Shown here: one piece after another, positions 31,695-41,313 of the stretch
Layout: each line of letters opens with the position of its first letter
Numbering within the stretch: the stretch's first letter is position 1
From: a virus
Lineage: Duplodnaviria > Caudoviricetes
Length of the DNA: 64,000 nt
Reading direction: 5' to 3' (one strand)
Virus record (IMG/VR): IMGVR_UViG_2885633469_000002
Location: 64,001 to 128,000 of that record
Notes under the pieces: generated by a model
Told to the model about the DNA's origin: nothing
Databases searched by the model: none
What the model saw: only the letters and a program-made list of their open reading frames with translations
Position numbers and translations under genes: made by a program

Positions 31695-32330
31695 ATGCCT
31701 TTGAGAATATATTATACAGATGAAGATCATAAAATACTACAATTTGTTGAAGAATATGGTTCTATAACAATTAAACAATGCCAAAATATGTTCTATAATA
31801 GACAAGATAAAGGATATGAAATGGCTAGAAGACATTTAGCAAAACTAACTAATTATGGAAAACTTAAAATGGCAGTTAGAGATTTTAATTGTGGAGGTAG
31901 AAATGTTTATTATATAAACAAAAAACTTAATTTTCATAATTTATTAACCTTAGATTATTATTCAAATTTAATAAAACATGGGGCTAAAATTGTATACTTT
32001 AAGCAGGAGCAACCTTGGTTAAATAATAAGTATTTCAGCGATGCTTATTGTTGTTATATTATTGGTAATAAAGTTATATTTGATATTATAGAAGTCGTAA
32101 GAACTAAAAATATTGAAGTAGATAAATATATACAAATCTTCAATTCAAACGAAGCTCATGATTTAAGTAAATATATATATAATCAGCTTGGAGGAGAAAA
32201 TTTAGAATTATTTCCCCATTTAATTGTTATAGACGATGTTAAACATAAAAAAAAATTATACATTAACGATGATATCAAAGTCATACAATTGAATTTTAAC
32301 TTAGATAACTTTACAAATATCTTTATATAA
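31695..32330 (+). CDS. Replication-relaxation-like protein (wHTH plus PD-(D/E)xK fold)
   Basis: ILQFVEEYG.IT...ARRHL.KL...YY...H...SDAY...IEV; usual FtsK partner in Firmicutes phages; start ATG 31695 after AAGGAG. Confidence 0.6.
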   Translation: MPLRIYYTDEDHKILQFVEEYGSITIKQCQNMFYNRQDKGYEMARRHLAKLTNYGKLKMAVRDFNCGGRNVYYINKKLNFHNLLTLDYYSNLIKHGAKIVYFKQEQPWLNNKYFSDAYCCYIIGNKVIFDIIEVVRTKNIEVDKYIQIFNSNEAHDLSKYIYNQLGGENLELFPHLIVIDDVKHKKKLYINDDIKVIQLNFNLDNFTNIFI

Positions 32331-32885
32331 TTTGTAATCCATACCACAATGTATTACCCCAACATGTCATTATACAACCTCAAGACCACACTTACCTCAT
32401 AAAATAACATTGATATATAATGGTTTTAAATTTCTAAATAGAGGGTTATAAGCGATAGTAAAATAACCCTCTGATAAAATGTAATACAATACATATCACA
32501 AAAGATAGATACATTCTCAAAAGTTTAAACTTTCATAATATTATTAAATACTAATAAAAACTAAAGATATATTTAGTAACTAAAATTATAATAATATATA
32601 TTTATTATTGAGTATTTTATCCAATTTATTATAGTAACAAATACTTAAATAGGTAAAGGGCTGGATGCTATCTTCCTGTAAAAGTAAGTTTTATTATAAT
32701 AAATTAATAAAATTTTTAATAATAAATTCTATATTGTTATTTATTTAAAGTTATATATAAATATATTATATAAGTTTTTTTAATTATAATATTTGATATT
32801 TATTAAGAAAGTTAAAAACAAATGTTAGATACATAAACAAAATTTAAATTGATTAACGAAAGAGTAAAAATTAAAAAATAAACCG

Positions 32886-33185
32886 ATGGAGGAGTTTTTG
32901 ATGAACTTAATTTATATTTTATTAGGTACTTTATTTATAAAAACATTGCACATTAAAAAAATTAAATTTAAATATTATAAAAGAAGTTTTAGTAAATTGT
33001 GTGACTTTTTATTTGAATTTATTTGCAATATTGTGCAATTAATTAACATGATATTGGCTTTTGTATTCTCAATTATTAAAAAGATTAATAAAAATATCTC
33101 TCAATACAAGAGAGTGAAGTATTCTATTAATAACAATAGTAAAGTAATTAATTTTGAGAAGTATAAGTCAAAAAAAGCAAAATAA
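32886..33185 (+). CDS. Membrane protein
   Basis: Two hydrophobic segments and a KVINFEKYK tail. Confidence 0.6.
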   Translation: MEEFLMNLIYILLGTLFIKTLHIKKIKFKYYKRSFSKLCDFLFEFICNIVQLINMILAFVFSIIKKINKNISQYKRVKYSINNNSKVINFEKYKSKKAK

Positions 33186-33274
33186 TTGTAAAATACATTT
33201 TATAAAAAGCCATAAGTTAGTAAATTAATTGGATTTATATAATAATTGTTATATTTAATAAAGGAGGTATTTTT

Positions 33275-33466
33275 ATGTCAATGGGGATAATAATTACTAT
33301 GGGTTCAATTTCAGTTGGTGGTGTAATAGTACAAAAAATATTATCTCAAATGGGTAAAATTGATGAGGCAAATATGATTGGTATTGTAGTTATTAGTATG
33401 TTAAGCTCCACAGTAATAGGTTGTATTATAAAAGTTTTTGAAGAAGTGGCTACATTAGGTCAATAA
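33275..33466 (+). CDS. SpoIIIAC/AD-like small membrane protein
   Basis: 63 aa; TM-KILSQMGKIDEANMI-TM-IIKVFEEV pattern resembles SpoIIIAC; AAGGAGG RBS. Confidence 0.6.
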   Translation: MSMGIIITMGSISVGGVIVQKILSQMGKIDEANMIGIVVISMLSSTVIGCIIKVFEEVATLGQ

Positions 33467-33496
33467 ATTTAATAATATATTTAGGGAGGAAAATTT

Positions 33497-33727
33497 ATGG
33501 ATTTAATTCTATATGGAATCTTTTTAGCACATTTGTATTCATATAAAGCCTACTATATAAAAATTTTTATATTTTTCTCTATTACTTTTGTTATTAAGAG
33601 AATAATAAAACAGGGAAACGTTGATTATGCAAATTTAATTGGATTAGGAGGATATAGTTTAACATTATTAGAGTTCATAAAATTAATTAATGCTATGGCA
33701 AAAGCAGGTTTTAGAATGACCAATTAA
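33497..33727 (+). CDS. Second SpoIIIAC/AD-like membrane protein
   Basis: TM-RIIKQGNVDYANLIGLGG-TM. Confidence 0.45.
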   Translation: MDLILYGIFLAHLYSYKAYYIKIFIFFSITFVIKRIIKQGNVDYANLIGLGGYSLTLLEFIKLINAMAKAGFRMTN

Positions 33728-34715
33728 TTTTAAGTATATTAATTATTTAAGTTTTTATTAGAGATTTATCGGTACAAACTAATGTTCTCAATAAGATTGA
33801 GTTGTTTTAAGTATTTTTTAAGAAAATTTAATTTAAAATATAGCAAAATCGAACAAATGTATTAATATTAATGTTTAAACTACTTTTATTGGTAAAAACT
33901 ACTTTATCGATAGAAAGGTTGTAAGTAATATAAACGTTGATATTAAAGGGTTTGTTCGATTTTGTTTTTTGTATTTTGGGTTACTGTCAAAATGTGTACA
34001 AACCTTGATATTATAAGGTTTTGTCGAGATTGAAAAATTAACTGTGTGGTGTGAATAGAAGTGTTGCGACAATTAATAATGATTATTGATTAATAATAAA
34101 TGTAAATATACCCCCGTATATAGGTTTACATAATAATTCAGCTTAATATACATTAAGCTAAACTTATTATCCATTTTTTACTATTTTATATTTATATTAT
34201 TACTTTTTATATATACATATAAAGCTTATATCATATTTAATAATAGGCTCTCTAAAATACTTCGAGATTGTTCTAGATAAAATGTATGAGTATTTATACC
34301 TTTGAAAAAATAAACGCTTAGAAAGGACGTAGGAAGGTTTTAAGCATATAAAATACTTTGCAAGTCTATTTTTAAAAATTGCATACTTAAAATATAAGAA
34401 AGATAGTTATTATTAAATACTATTTAATTTTATTTTTATAAATTATTTATATATAGTGTTTATATTATTATAAATGTAAAGTAAACTTTACATCGGATTT
34501 TATTGCAACAAAGTTCTTTTACACGAACACTTCTTATTATCCAAAAATATATTATACTATTTAAATATCTATACTACTTAATATATGTATCTAATAAATA
34601 ATTACTATTAACTCATTATTGCTATTATTACTTTAAAACAATTTAATTAAATAACATTTAAACGTTTTATAAGTGCAAAAAACTTGGGAATAATTATATA
34701 AAATGGTAGAAAACC

Positions 34716-34744
34716 TTGACAAATATAAAATAATTTGATATAAT
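34716..34744 (+). promoter_or_regulatory. Consensus sigmaA promoter with operator in its spacer
   Basis: TTGACA-17-TATAAT with TG extension; spacer ends TAAAATAATTTGA. Confidence 0.85.
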
Positions 34745-34771
34745 AAAAGTGTAGTAAAGGAGGTGCAAAAC

Positions 34772-34927
34772 GTGAATTTAGGTACAATAAAAGACCTTTT
34801 AGACTTCTTATGTGCTTTATTAAATGTATGGATTCTAATTTCGCAGTTAAAAGACATACATAATAAAAAACATAAGAAAAAGTCTAAAAGGTCTAAAAGA
34901 ACTAAAAATCACAGGAAAGGGCGTTAA
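34772..34927 (+). CDS. Type I toxin-like peptide (51 aa)
   Basis: AAGGAGGTG RBS, GTG start, hydrophobic helix and Lys/Arg tail; convergent promoter at 34948-34975. Confidence 0.6.
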   Translation: MNLGTIKDLLDFLCALLNVWILISQLKDIHNKKHKKKSKRSKRTKNHRKGR

Positions 34928-34955
34928 GCCTTTTCCCACCTAAATTCATTATATC

Positions 34956-35099
34956 ATGATGGGAATAAAAAACAACAGGAAAATTTTGCTATCAACTTTA
35001 ATTTTATTTTTAATTTATAGTATTTATAGTAAAAATATATTAATAATAGTCTTAACTATAATAAACTTAATATTATTATTCATTAATAAAAAAAGATAA
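34956..35099 (+). CDS. Small two-TM peptide (47 aa)
   Basis: Read by hand: MMGIKNNRKILLSTLILFLIYSIYSKNILIIVLTIINLILLFINKKR; no clear RBS. Confidence 0.35.
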   Translation: MMGIKNNRKILLSTLILFLIYSIYSKNILIIVLTIINLILLFINKKR

Positions 35100-35493
35100 C
35101 TTAATATATATTTTTATAGTAGTTTTTAAGCTACTATATTTTTTTATTTAAATACAAAATAATTCAATAAACTAGTTGACAATATGTTGTTATAAGTGTA
35201 TAATATAATTAAAGGTTAAGAGATATTTTAGGAATAGATTAATATAGAAAATAAATTTATTCATATGATGTCTTAAGATAATGAATCAAAAAAATATAAA
35301 CTCATCTAATAAACTCAATTAAATCATTTCAGGTTAACAACTGCAAGTGTAAGAACATAAATCAATTAATAAAAAATAATTTAATAAATTATATGAAAGG
35401 ATTTGCAAGTCAATTTGAGGAAATATTAAAAGCAATAGAAAACGAAAAAGTTATTAATTTAAATAATTATAGATAAAAAGGGAGGGTGTTAAA

Positions 35494-35784
35494 ATGAAAA
35501 AAGTAACTAAAAAAGAAGTAAGAGAGTTTTTAAAAGAATGCAGGGAGGATAATCCTTTTGGTTGGAGGCTCTGGAGATGTGGAGCATTTATATACAATGA
35601 CAAAGTTAGTTTATTCGTTGCTTATCATGGGCAAGGATTAAATGAGATAGTATACAACCAAAAATATGATGATATTGTAGAATTTGAGGATTTATGCAAC
35701 ACATATGAATATAATTTAAAAACTGCAACAAATATAGCACACGAACAAATAAAAAATATGATAGAAAATTATTTAGAAAAATAA
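35494..35784 (+). CDS. Hypothetical early protein
   Basis: 96 aa with RBS. Confidence 0.6.
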   Translation: MKKVTKKEVREFLKECREDNPFGWRLWRCGAFIYNDKVSLFVAYHGQGLNEIVYNQKYDDIVEFEDLCNTYEYNLKTATNIAHEQIKNMIENYLEK

Positions 35785-35854
35785 AAGATATTTTAACAAT
35801 AAAATAAGTTAGTATTAATGTGAAAAATAATTTAATAAAAATAAAGGGAGTTGT

Positions 35855-36349
35855 TTGAAAATGAAATTAAATTCTAAAAAATTCAATTTTAATTTTTTCT
35901 TAGGAGGTGTTAAAAAAGTACAGTCTTTGGAATCTGGGGCTTTAGAAAATGGTGGAGCTACAAAGTTTGAAAGTGGAATATATAGCAATATAGAAAAAGA
36001 CGAGTATATAAACATAAACAAAGAAAATAATAAAATAAGTTTGTTTGTGCCAGACACAATAAATGTAAATAATAAAACAGATAATAGTAAATACATAGAA
36101 TTTTGTATTAATCAATTGCAAAATTTATATAATGATGTTAATTTAAAATATTATAACACTCAAGGCAGTTGGTATTCAGAAGATCTTAAAAAAGTTGTAT
36201 ATGATAATATAACAATTCTAACTTTACAACTTAATACCTTAACAGAAAAGGATATAGAAAATTTTATAGATTTAGCAAATTGGATTAAAACAGAAATGCA
36301 TCAAGAAGGTGTAAGCATAAATATAAATGATGCTTTAGCAATAGTATAA
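35855..36349 (+). CDS. Hypothetical early protein
   Basis: 164 aa, GGAGTTG RBS, terminator after. Confidence 0.6.
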   Translation: MKMKLNSKKFNFNFFLGGVKKVQSLESGALENGGATKFESGIYSNIEKDEYININKENNKISLFVPDTINVNNKTDNSKYIEFCINQLQNLYNDVNLKYYNTQGSWYSEDLKKVVYDNITILTLQLNTLTEKDIENFIDLANWIKTEMHQEGVSININDALAIV

Positions 36350-36437
36350 AAGGGCTTTAAAGCCCTTTATTTTAACTTTAACTTAACTAATGTATATGTT
36401 ATAATAAAAATTATAATAAACTATAAGGAGTTTTAAA

Positions 36438-36632
36438 ATGGATTTAAAGGAGAACAAAAAAAACGGATATGTGATTCATAAAGTAACAGATAATAATTAT
36501 TGTTTATGTAAAATTTTGAATGAATATAATACAAAAGAAGAATGCAATAAAGATTTAATAAAACTACTTACAAACAAGAAAAAAGAAAAGGACGTATTAA
36601 AAGATTATAGTAAAAAAGATATATTAAAATAG
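36438..36632 (+). CDS. Hypothetical protein
   Basis: 64 aa with RBS. Confidence 0.55.
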   Translation: MDLKENKKNGYVIHKVTDNNYCLCKILNEYNTKEECNKDLIKLLTNKKKEKDVLKDYSKKDILK

Positions 36633-36782
36633 AATTATAAAAATTCGATATAACAGAAAAGTTTTAATAATTCATGTAAAATAATTCTATAAAATCCATT
36701 GACATTTTATCTGATAAGAGTATAATAATAATTGTAAGATAAATATAAACAATTTAATAGACATAAAAGGAGTTGTGTTAAA

Positions 36783-37028
36783 ATGAATAAAAATTTATTT
36801 GAAGAAATATCTAATTACATTGTAAAAACAGTACAAGAAGAAAGCACACTAGAGGGGTTTCCGTACACTATTAGCTATGCTGTCATTCAAGAAAGATTTG
36901 GGAAGGAAATAGATGAATATATAAATGATAAAATAATAGAAGCAACTTCTAAAAAAGAAGAAGTAGCAGATATATTCACAGATACAGACGGGTTTGACAT
37001 TACATTATACAATGATAATAATAAATAA
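36783..37028 (+). CDS. Hypothetical early protein
   Basis: TTGACA-17-TATAAT promoter at about 36699-36727 and RBS. Confidence 0.6.
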   Translation: MNKNLFEEISNYIVKTVQEESTLEGFPYTISYAVIQERFGKEIDEYINDKIIEATSKKEEVADIFTDTDGFDITLYNDNNK

Positions 37029-37252
37029 CCTTCTGAGATGCTCCAGAATAGATTTAAATTAATTATTAATGTATTTGTATGTATAAAAATATAATAGTCT
37101 TATATCGTCTTAGAATTAATTATATACAAAATTCATGTAAATATAAAATAGTTTAATAATTTACAAAAACCTATTGCAAAATAATTTGATTATGGTATAA
37201 TTATAAGTGTGATAGGGGATTAATAAATTAAATAGTAAGGAGTTGTTTTAAA

Positions 37253-37522
37253 ATGAAAATATTTGTAAATGAAATTATAGGAAATGTATATAATAAAAGT
37301 GAATATCTTGAATTATTAAAAAGAGAAAATGAACTATGTGATAATTTAGATACTACAACACCTTTTAAAAATAATGCAGTAAAAGATATTTTAGAAAATA
37401 AAAGTATATCTTATAAAATAATAGATAGTTGGAATTTAAATGTTGAGTTTGATATAATAGAGCTAGATAAAGAAAATTTAATAGAAAGTATAATAAAAAT
37501 TACTAACATAGAATTAGTATAG
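37253..37522 (+). CDS. Hypothetical early protein
   Basis: SigmaA-like promoter and RBS. Confidence 0.6.
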   Translation: MKIFVNEIIGNVYNKSEYLELLKRENELCDNLDTTTPFKNNAVKDILENKSISYKIIDSWNLNVEFDIIELDKENLIESIIKITNIELV

Positions 37523-37590
37523 TAGATTTAAATCTACTATACTATGCTATAAATTACAACTTTTATATTAATAAAAAGAGGTGGGATTAT

Positions 37591-37941
37591 ATGAAGGAAA
37601 TTAAAAAAGCATTTCAAAAAATGTATAAGGAATATAATAAAATTAATAATACAGAGTTAACGGGTAATTTTAGGGAAAAGAACAAAATCGCTTTAATATC
37701 TTTTGGAAAATATAGTATAGAAAACGGGATAATTCAAGATAGACACAATAATAATCATGGTGAAAATGAGCAACTATGGGAAAAACAATTACAAAGAGAT
37801 AGAGATACTTTTATGCGTTCTGACCAGTTTAAAGAATTTATAAATTTTTCATGTTCAACTTATACGGAGGAAGATAATATAAATTGGAGTGTTGGATCTG
37901 GTATTATAGTAATGTCAAAGCAAATTAGATTTAAATTTTAA
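37591..37941 (+). CDS. Hypothetical protein
   Basis: 116 aa with RBS. Confidence 0.55.
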   Translation: MKEIKKAFQKMYKEYNKINNTELTGNFREKNKIALISFGKYSIENGIIQDRHNNNHGENEQLWEKQLQRDRDTFMRSDQFKEFINFSCSTYTEEDNINWSVGSGIIVMSKQIRFKF

Positions 37942-37958
37942 TAAAGAGGTGTTTTAAA

Positions 37959-38273
37959 ATGTTAAATAAATTAGAAGAAATTAAAAATATAGATTTTGGA
38001 GAAATAAAAACTGAAGAAGAATTTAAAAAAGTTCTTGAAATATCAAGTAGTGAATGGGAGAAAATAATCACATTTTCACAATGTAGTTCAGACGAAACAA
38101 CTCCCGAAGGTTTAGAGGATATTAGAATAGGAATTAATGTTATAGATGAGGAAGGGTACAGTAATGTATTAAACTTTGATTTAGTATACAATATCAAAAA
38201 TGAAAAAACAGAAGAAGATGGATATAGACATTATGATTTAGATAGTTTAAATCATGTTATAGTTTATTTTTAG
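37959..38273 (+). CDS. Hypothetical acidic protein
   Basis: 104 aa with RBS. Confidence 0.55.
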   Translation: MLNKLEEIKNIDFGEIKTEEEFKKVLEISSSEWEKIITFSQCSSDETTPEGLEDIRIGINVIDEEGYSNVLNFDLVYNIKNEKTEEDGYRHYDLDSLNHVIVYF

Positions 38274-38419
38274 AAGCAGACAGGGCATAATTTATAATAT
38301 AGATTTTGTAAAAAACTATAAAGAAGAGTTTGTAAAAGAAATTAAAAATAAATTTGGTAATATGCTAGAAATTGCTTAAACTAGTATTAATATAAAAAAT
38401 AAATTTTATCATATAATGA

Positions 38420-38676
38420 CTTTACCAGAAGGCTTTTAAAACCATTTAAATCAATTTAAGGTGTAATTATATTTGTAAAATTAAAATCGTTTAAAAGTCC
38501 TTACATTAAGTTTTAGATTAGAATAAATATTTTTTATTAAATTAAAAATAATTTAATAAAAAGCATTGACATTACTTATAATATAGTGTAATATTATAAT
38601 TGTAGTAAGGAGATAGAAAAAATAAATAATAATTCAAAACAATTTAATAATTAAATAAACGGGAGTTGTTACATAA
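38420..38676 (+). repeat. Repeated promoter cassette (phased arm element, operator, sigmaA promoter, RBS)
   Basis: Aligns over its length with 45011-45262; partial copies near 48152, 37029 and 34243. Confidence 0.75.
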
Positions 38677-39258
38677 ATGAAAATATTAAATTTAAAAATA
38701 GGTCAAAAGGTATCAATTTTAAAATCACACGATTTAGTACCAACTTTATACAAAGGAGTTTTAAAAGGTTATTATTTTAGCAATTTTGCACAATATAGAA
38801 ATGCATTATATATGTATATACAACGTCCAAGAGCTAAAAAAGTAGATAGAATTATTTTAATAGAAAATGAAACATTTTTCATTTTTGATAGTTATAAATT
38901 TAAAGACACACATAAAAAAGAAGTAATAAAAGATACTAAAGAAATAACACATACATTATTGAATAGATGGACATATTCAGATTTAAAAGATAACAAAGAT
39001 TTAGTTTTTGCTCATAAATACAGTGAAAAATTTGAAGGTGTTGAAGATGATTTTAATACATTTGTAGACCTAACAGGAGATTATATATGTTGTAATAACA
39101 TAAAGCCGAAAGAAGCTGTTAAAAGTGAAAAATATATAAATTACATTAAAGAGTTAATACAAGGCTTTAACGTAAATAATCTATTAGTTACTGCTAAAGA
39201 ATTGGAGTTTTGTATATTAGAGGATTGTTTAAAACAAGCTATAAATTATAACTGGTAA
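38677..39258 (+). CDS. Hypothetical early protein
   Basis: 193 aa with promoter and RBS. Confidence 0.6.
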   Translation: MKILNLKIGQKVSILKSHDLVPTLYKGVLKGYYFSNFAQYRNALYMYIQRPRAKKVDRIILIENETFFIFDSYKFKDTHKKEVIKDTKEITHTLLNRWTYSDLKDNKDLVFAHKYSEKFEGVEDDFNTFVDLTGDYICCNNIKPKEAVKSEKYINYIKELIQGFNVNNLLVTAKELEFCILEDCLKQAINYNW

Positions 39259-39298
39259 CTTAAAATAATTTAATGAATTCCAATTAGGAGGGTTTTAT

Positions 39299-39493
39299 AT
39301 GATATTTTGTGCAGATATTAGAGAGAAAAAAACAGGAAATACAATTAAAACGGTTTTAAAAACTGCTTCACATGATGAAGCATATCAAGCCGTTAATGAA
39401 TATAATAAAGAGTATGGAACATTCGCAATACTATTACAAGAATATCCAAAGAAAAAATATTTTATAGATATTTACAAAGATGAAATAGAATAG
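39299..39493 (+). CDS. Hypothetical protein
   Basis: 64 aa, AGGAGG RBS. Confidence 0.55.
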   Translation: MIFCADIREKKTGNTIKTVLKTASHDEAYQAVNEYNKEYGTFAILLQEYPKKKYFIDIYKDEIE

Positions 39494-39556
39494 AATAGAA
39501 TAACTTAAAATGTAGATTTTAAATCAAAATATCTTATATTAACAGGAGGATTCACA

Positions 39557-39814
39557 ATGACAAAAATAAAAGTGTTTAATTTTGAAGTTTCTAATTTTGC
39601 ATATCATGCAAGTGGTGAAGATTTAATTAGAGAATGGTATAAAAAACAAGTAAAAAAATTAGTACCTTATAGTGATATTGAAAAAATATTAAATAAATTT
39701 TTAGAAAATAAAACATTGATAAGTTTAAACGTTAATACTGTAGATGCTTATTATCATAATAATGGTAGGGCAAACATAATCCAGTTAGTTTATACTATAA
39801 TTTATTCTGAATAG
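39557..39814 (+). CDS. Hypothetical protein
   Basis: 85 aa, AGGAGG RBS. Confidence 0.55.
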   Translation: MTKIKVFNFEVSNFAYHASGEDLIREWYKKQVKKLVPYSDIEKILNKFLENKTLISLNVNTVDAYYHNNGRANIIQLVYTIIYSE

Positions 39815-39960
39815 AAATAAAATCCTAGGCTATAGACATATAACAGATTTAAGCCTATAGCCTAAATTTAAATTTTAATATGAGTTATCAAAAATAAAAA
39901 TTCTATAACAGAAAAGCTTTGATAATTGATATAAAAATTTAAAGAGGAGTTGTTACATAA

Positions 39961-40527
39961 ATGAAAAAAGATTATATAATTGAGCAAACAGCCGAAACAG
40001 TTTGGTTTTATAAATTTACAGATGTAAATGAAAAAGGTGAAAAATTAATTCTTGAATTGTCTTTATGTGAAGATTGGAAGAAAGATAAAAATTCACTACC
40101 TAAACTATGGAAAAAAGAAGGATATATTGACAGGGTTTTAGAAACGTATTGGAGCATTCAAACGTATGTCGAAGATACAGAAGGAAACAGTTATGGTATG
40201 TATAACCCACAAAGCAAAAGAGAAAATGGAAGAAATGTTATAAATTTTGATTGGATGTTTGAAGCTACAGAAGAGAATAAGGAAAAATTAATTAATGAGG
40301 TTTACAGACTATTTTCAGCAGCTAAAGGAGAAACAGCAACAGAAGAAAAGCATAGAAAAATAAGAGAATACGCAAAAGAACACAATATTGATATTTATAA
40401 GACTATTCCAAAAGGGTGGAAAGAATTAAATGGTGCTTTAACTGCTCCGATGGGTACGGTTTGGGTAAGTAACATGGAATTATTTAAAAGTGGAAATTTA
40501 AAAAGAGGTATATTACTTGCAGATTAG
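39961..40527 (+). CDS. Hypothetical protein
   Basis: 188 aa with RBS. Confidence 0.6.
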   Translation: MKKDYIIEQTAETVWFYKFTDVNEKGEKLILELSLCEDWKKDKNSLPKLWKKEGYIDRVLETYWSIQTYVEDTEGNSYGMYNPQSKRENGRNVINFDWMFEATEENKEKLINEVYRLFSAAKGETATEEKHRKIREYAKEHNIDIYKTIPKGWKELNGALTAPMGTVWVSNMELFKSGNLKRGILLAD

Positions 40528-40893
40528 TAGTTGGTAAATAAAAAATCAAAGGAGTTGTTTTAAATGAATAATAATATAGAAGGTTATCACAAGGATTGGA
40601 ACAAAATTCAAGAGGTTAAAAGCAATTTATTCAAAGGTATAAAAATAGATAGTTTAATAAATCTAAGAGATACAGCAGAATCAGAAGTAACAAAGAACAA
40701 AATTCAAAATATAATACATGATATAGGCAACATGATGAATGGTATTAGTGATAGTTTAGACGATTTACAATCATGTGCGGAAAGCCCACTCCTTCAGGTG
40801 TGGGATGGATAGCACACAATAATATAAAAAACATTTTTAATAATTGTGTATAAATATATTGACTACATACACAATAAGTTATATAATATACTT

Positions 40894-41295
40894 ATGGAAA
40901 ATAATTATAGAAGTACTAAAACAACAGTAAGTTTAATTAATTATCATTTTGTGTTTTGTCCAAGATATAGAAGGAAAATATTTAATATTCCTAATGTAGA
41001 AGATAGGTTTAAACATATAGTCAAATATATATGTAAGGAGTTGAATATTGAAATAATTGCTATTGAATGTGATAAAGACCATACACATATGTTTCTAAAT
41101 TGTCTTCCAACATTAAGCCCCTCAGATATAATGCAAAAAATAAAAGGTGTAACAAGTAGGATATTAAGAGATGAATTTAAGGAATTATCAAAGATGCCTA
41201 GTTTATGGACTAGAAGCTATTTTGTTTCAACTGCTGGAAATGTGTGTAGTGAAACTATTAAAAGATATGTAGAAAATCAAAAAACAAGATATTAG
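40894..41295 (+). CDS. tnpA: Y1 HUH transposase
   Basis: YHFVFCPRYRR, DHTH (HUH), LWTRSYFVST, RYVENQ. Confidence 0.95.
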   Translation: MENNYRSTKTTVSLINYHFVFCPRYRRKIFNIPNVEDRFKHIVKYICKELNIEIIAIECDKDHTHMFLNCLPTLSPSDIMQKIKGVTSRILRDEFKELSKMPSLWTRSYFVSTAGNVCSETIKRYVENQKTRY

Positions 41296-41313
41296 AAAGT
41301 GAGGTGAATATTC

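Noticed and set aside
32666-32683. Minus-strand TTTAC plus AGGAAGAT as a self-target of the copy-1 guide
   Set aside because: Only 8 nt of guide match, too short to claim cleavage
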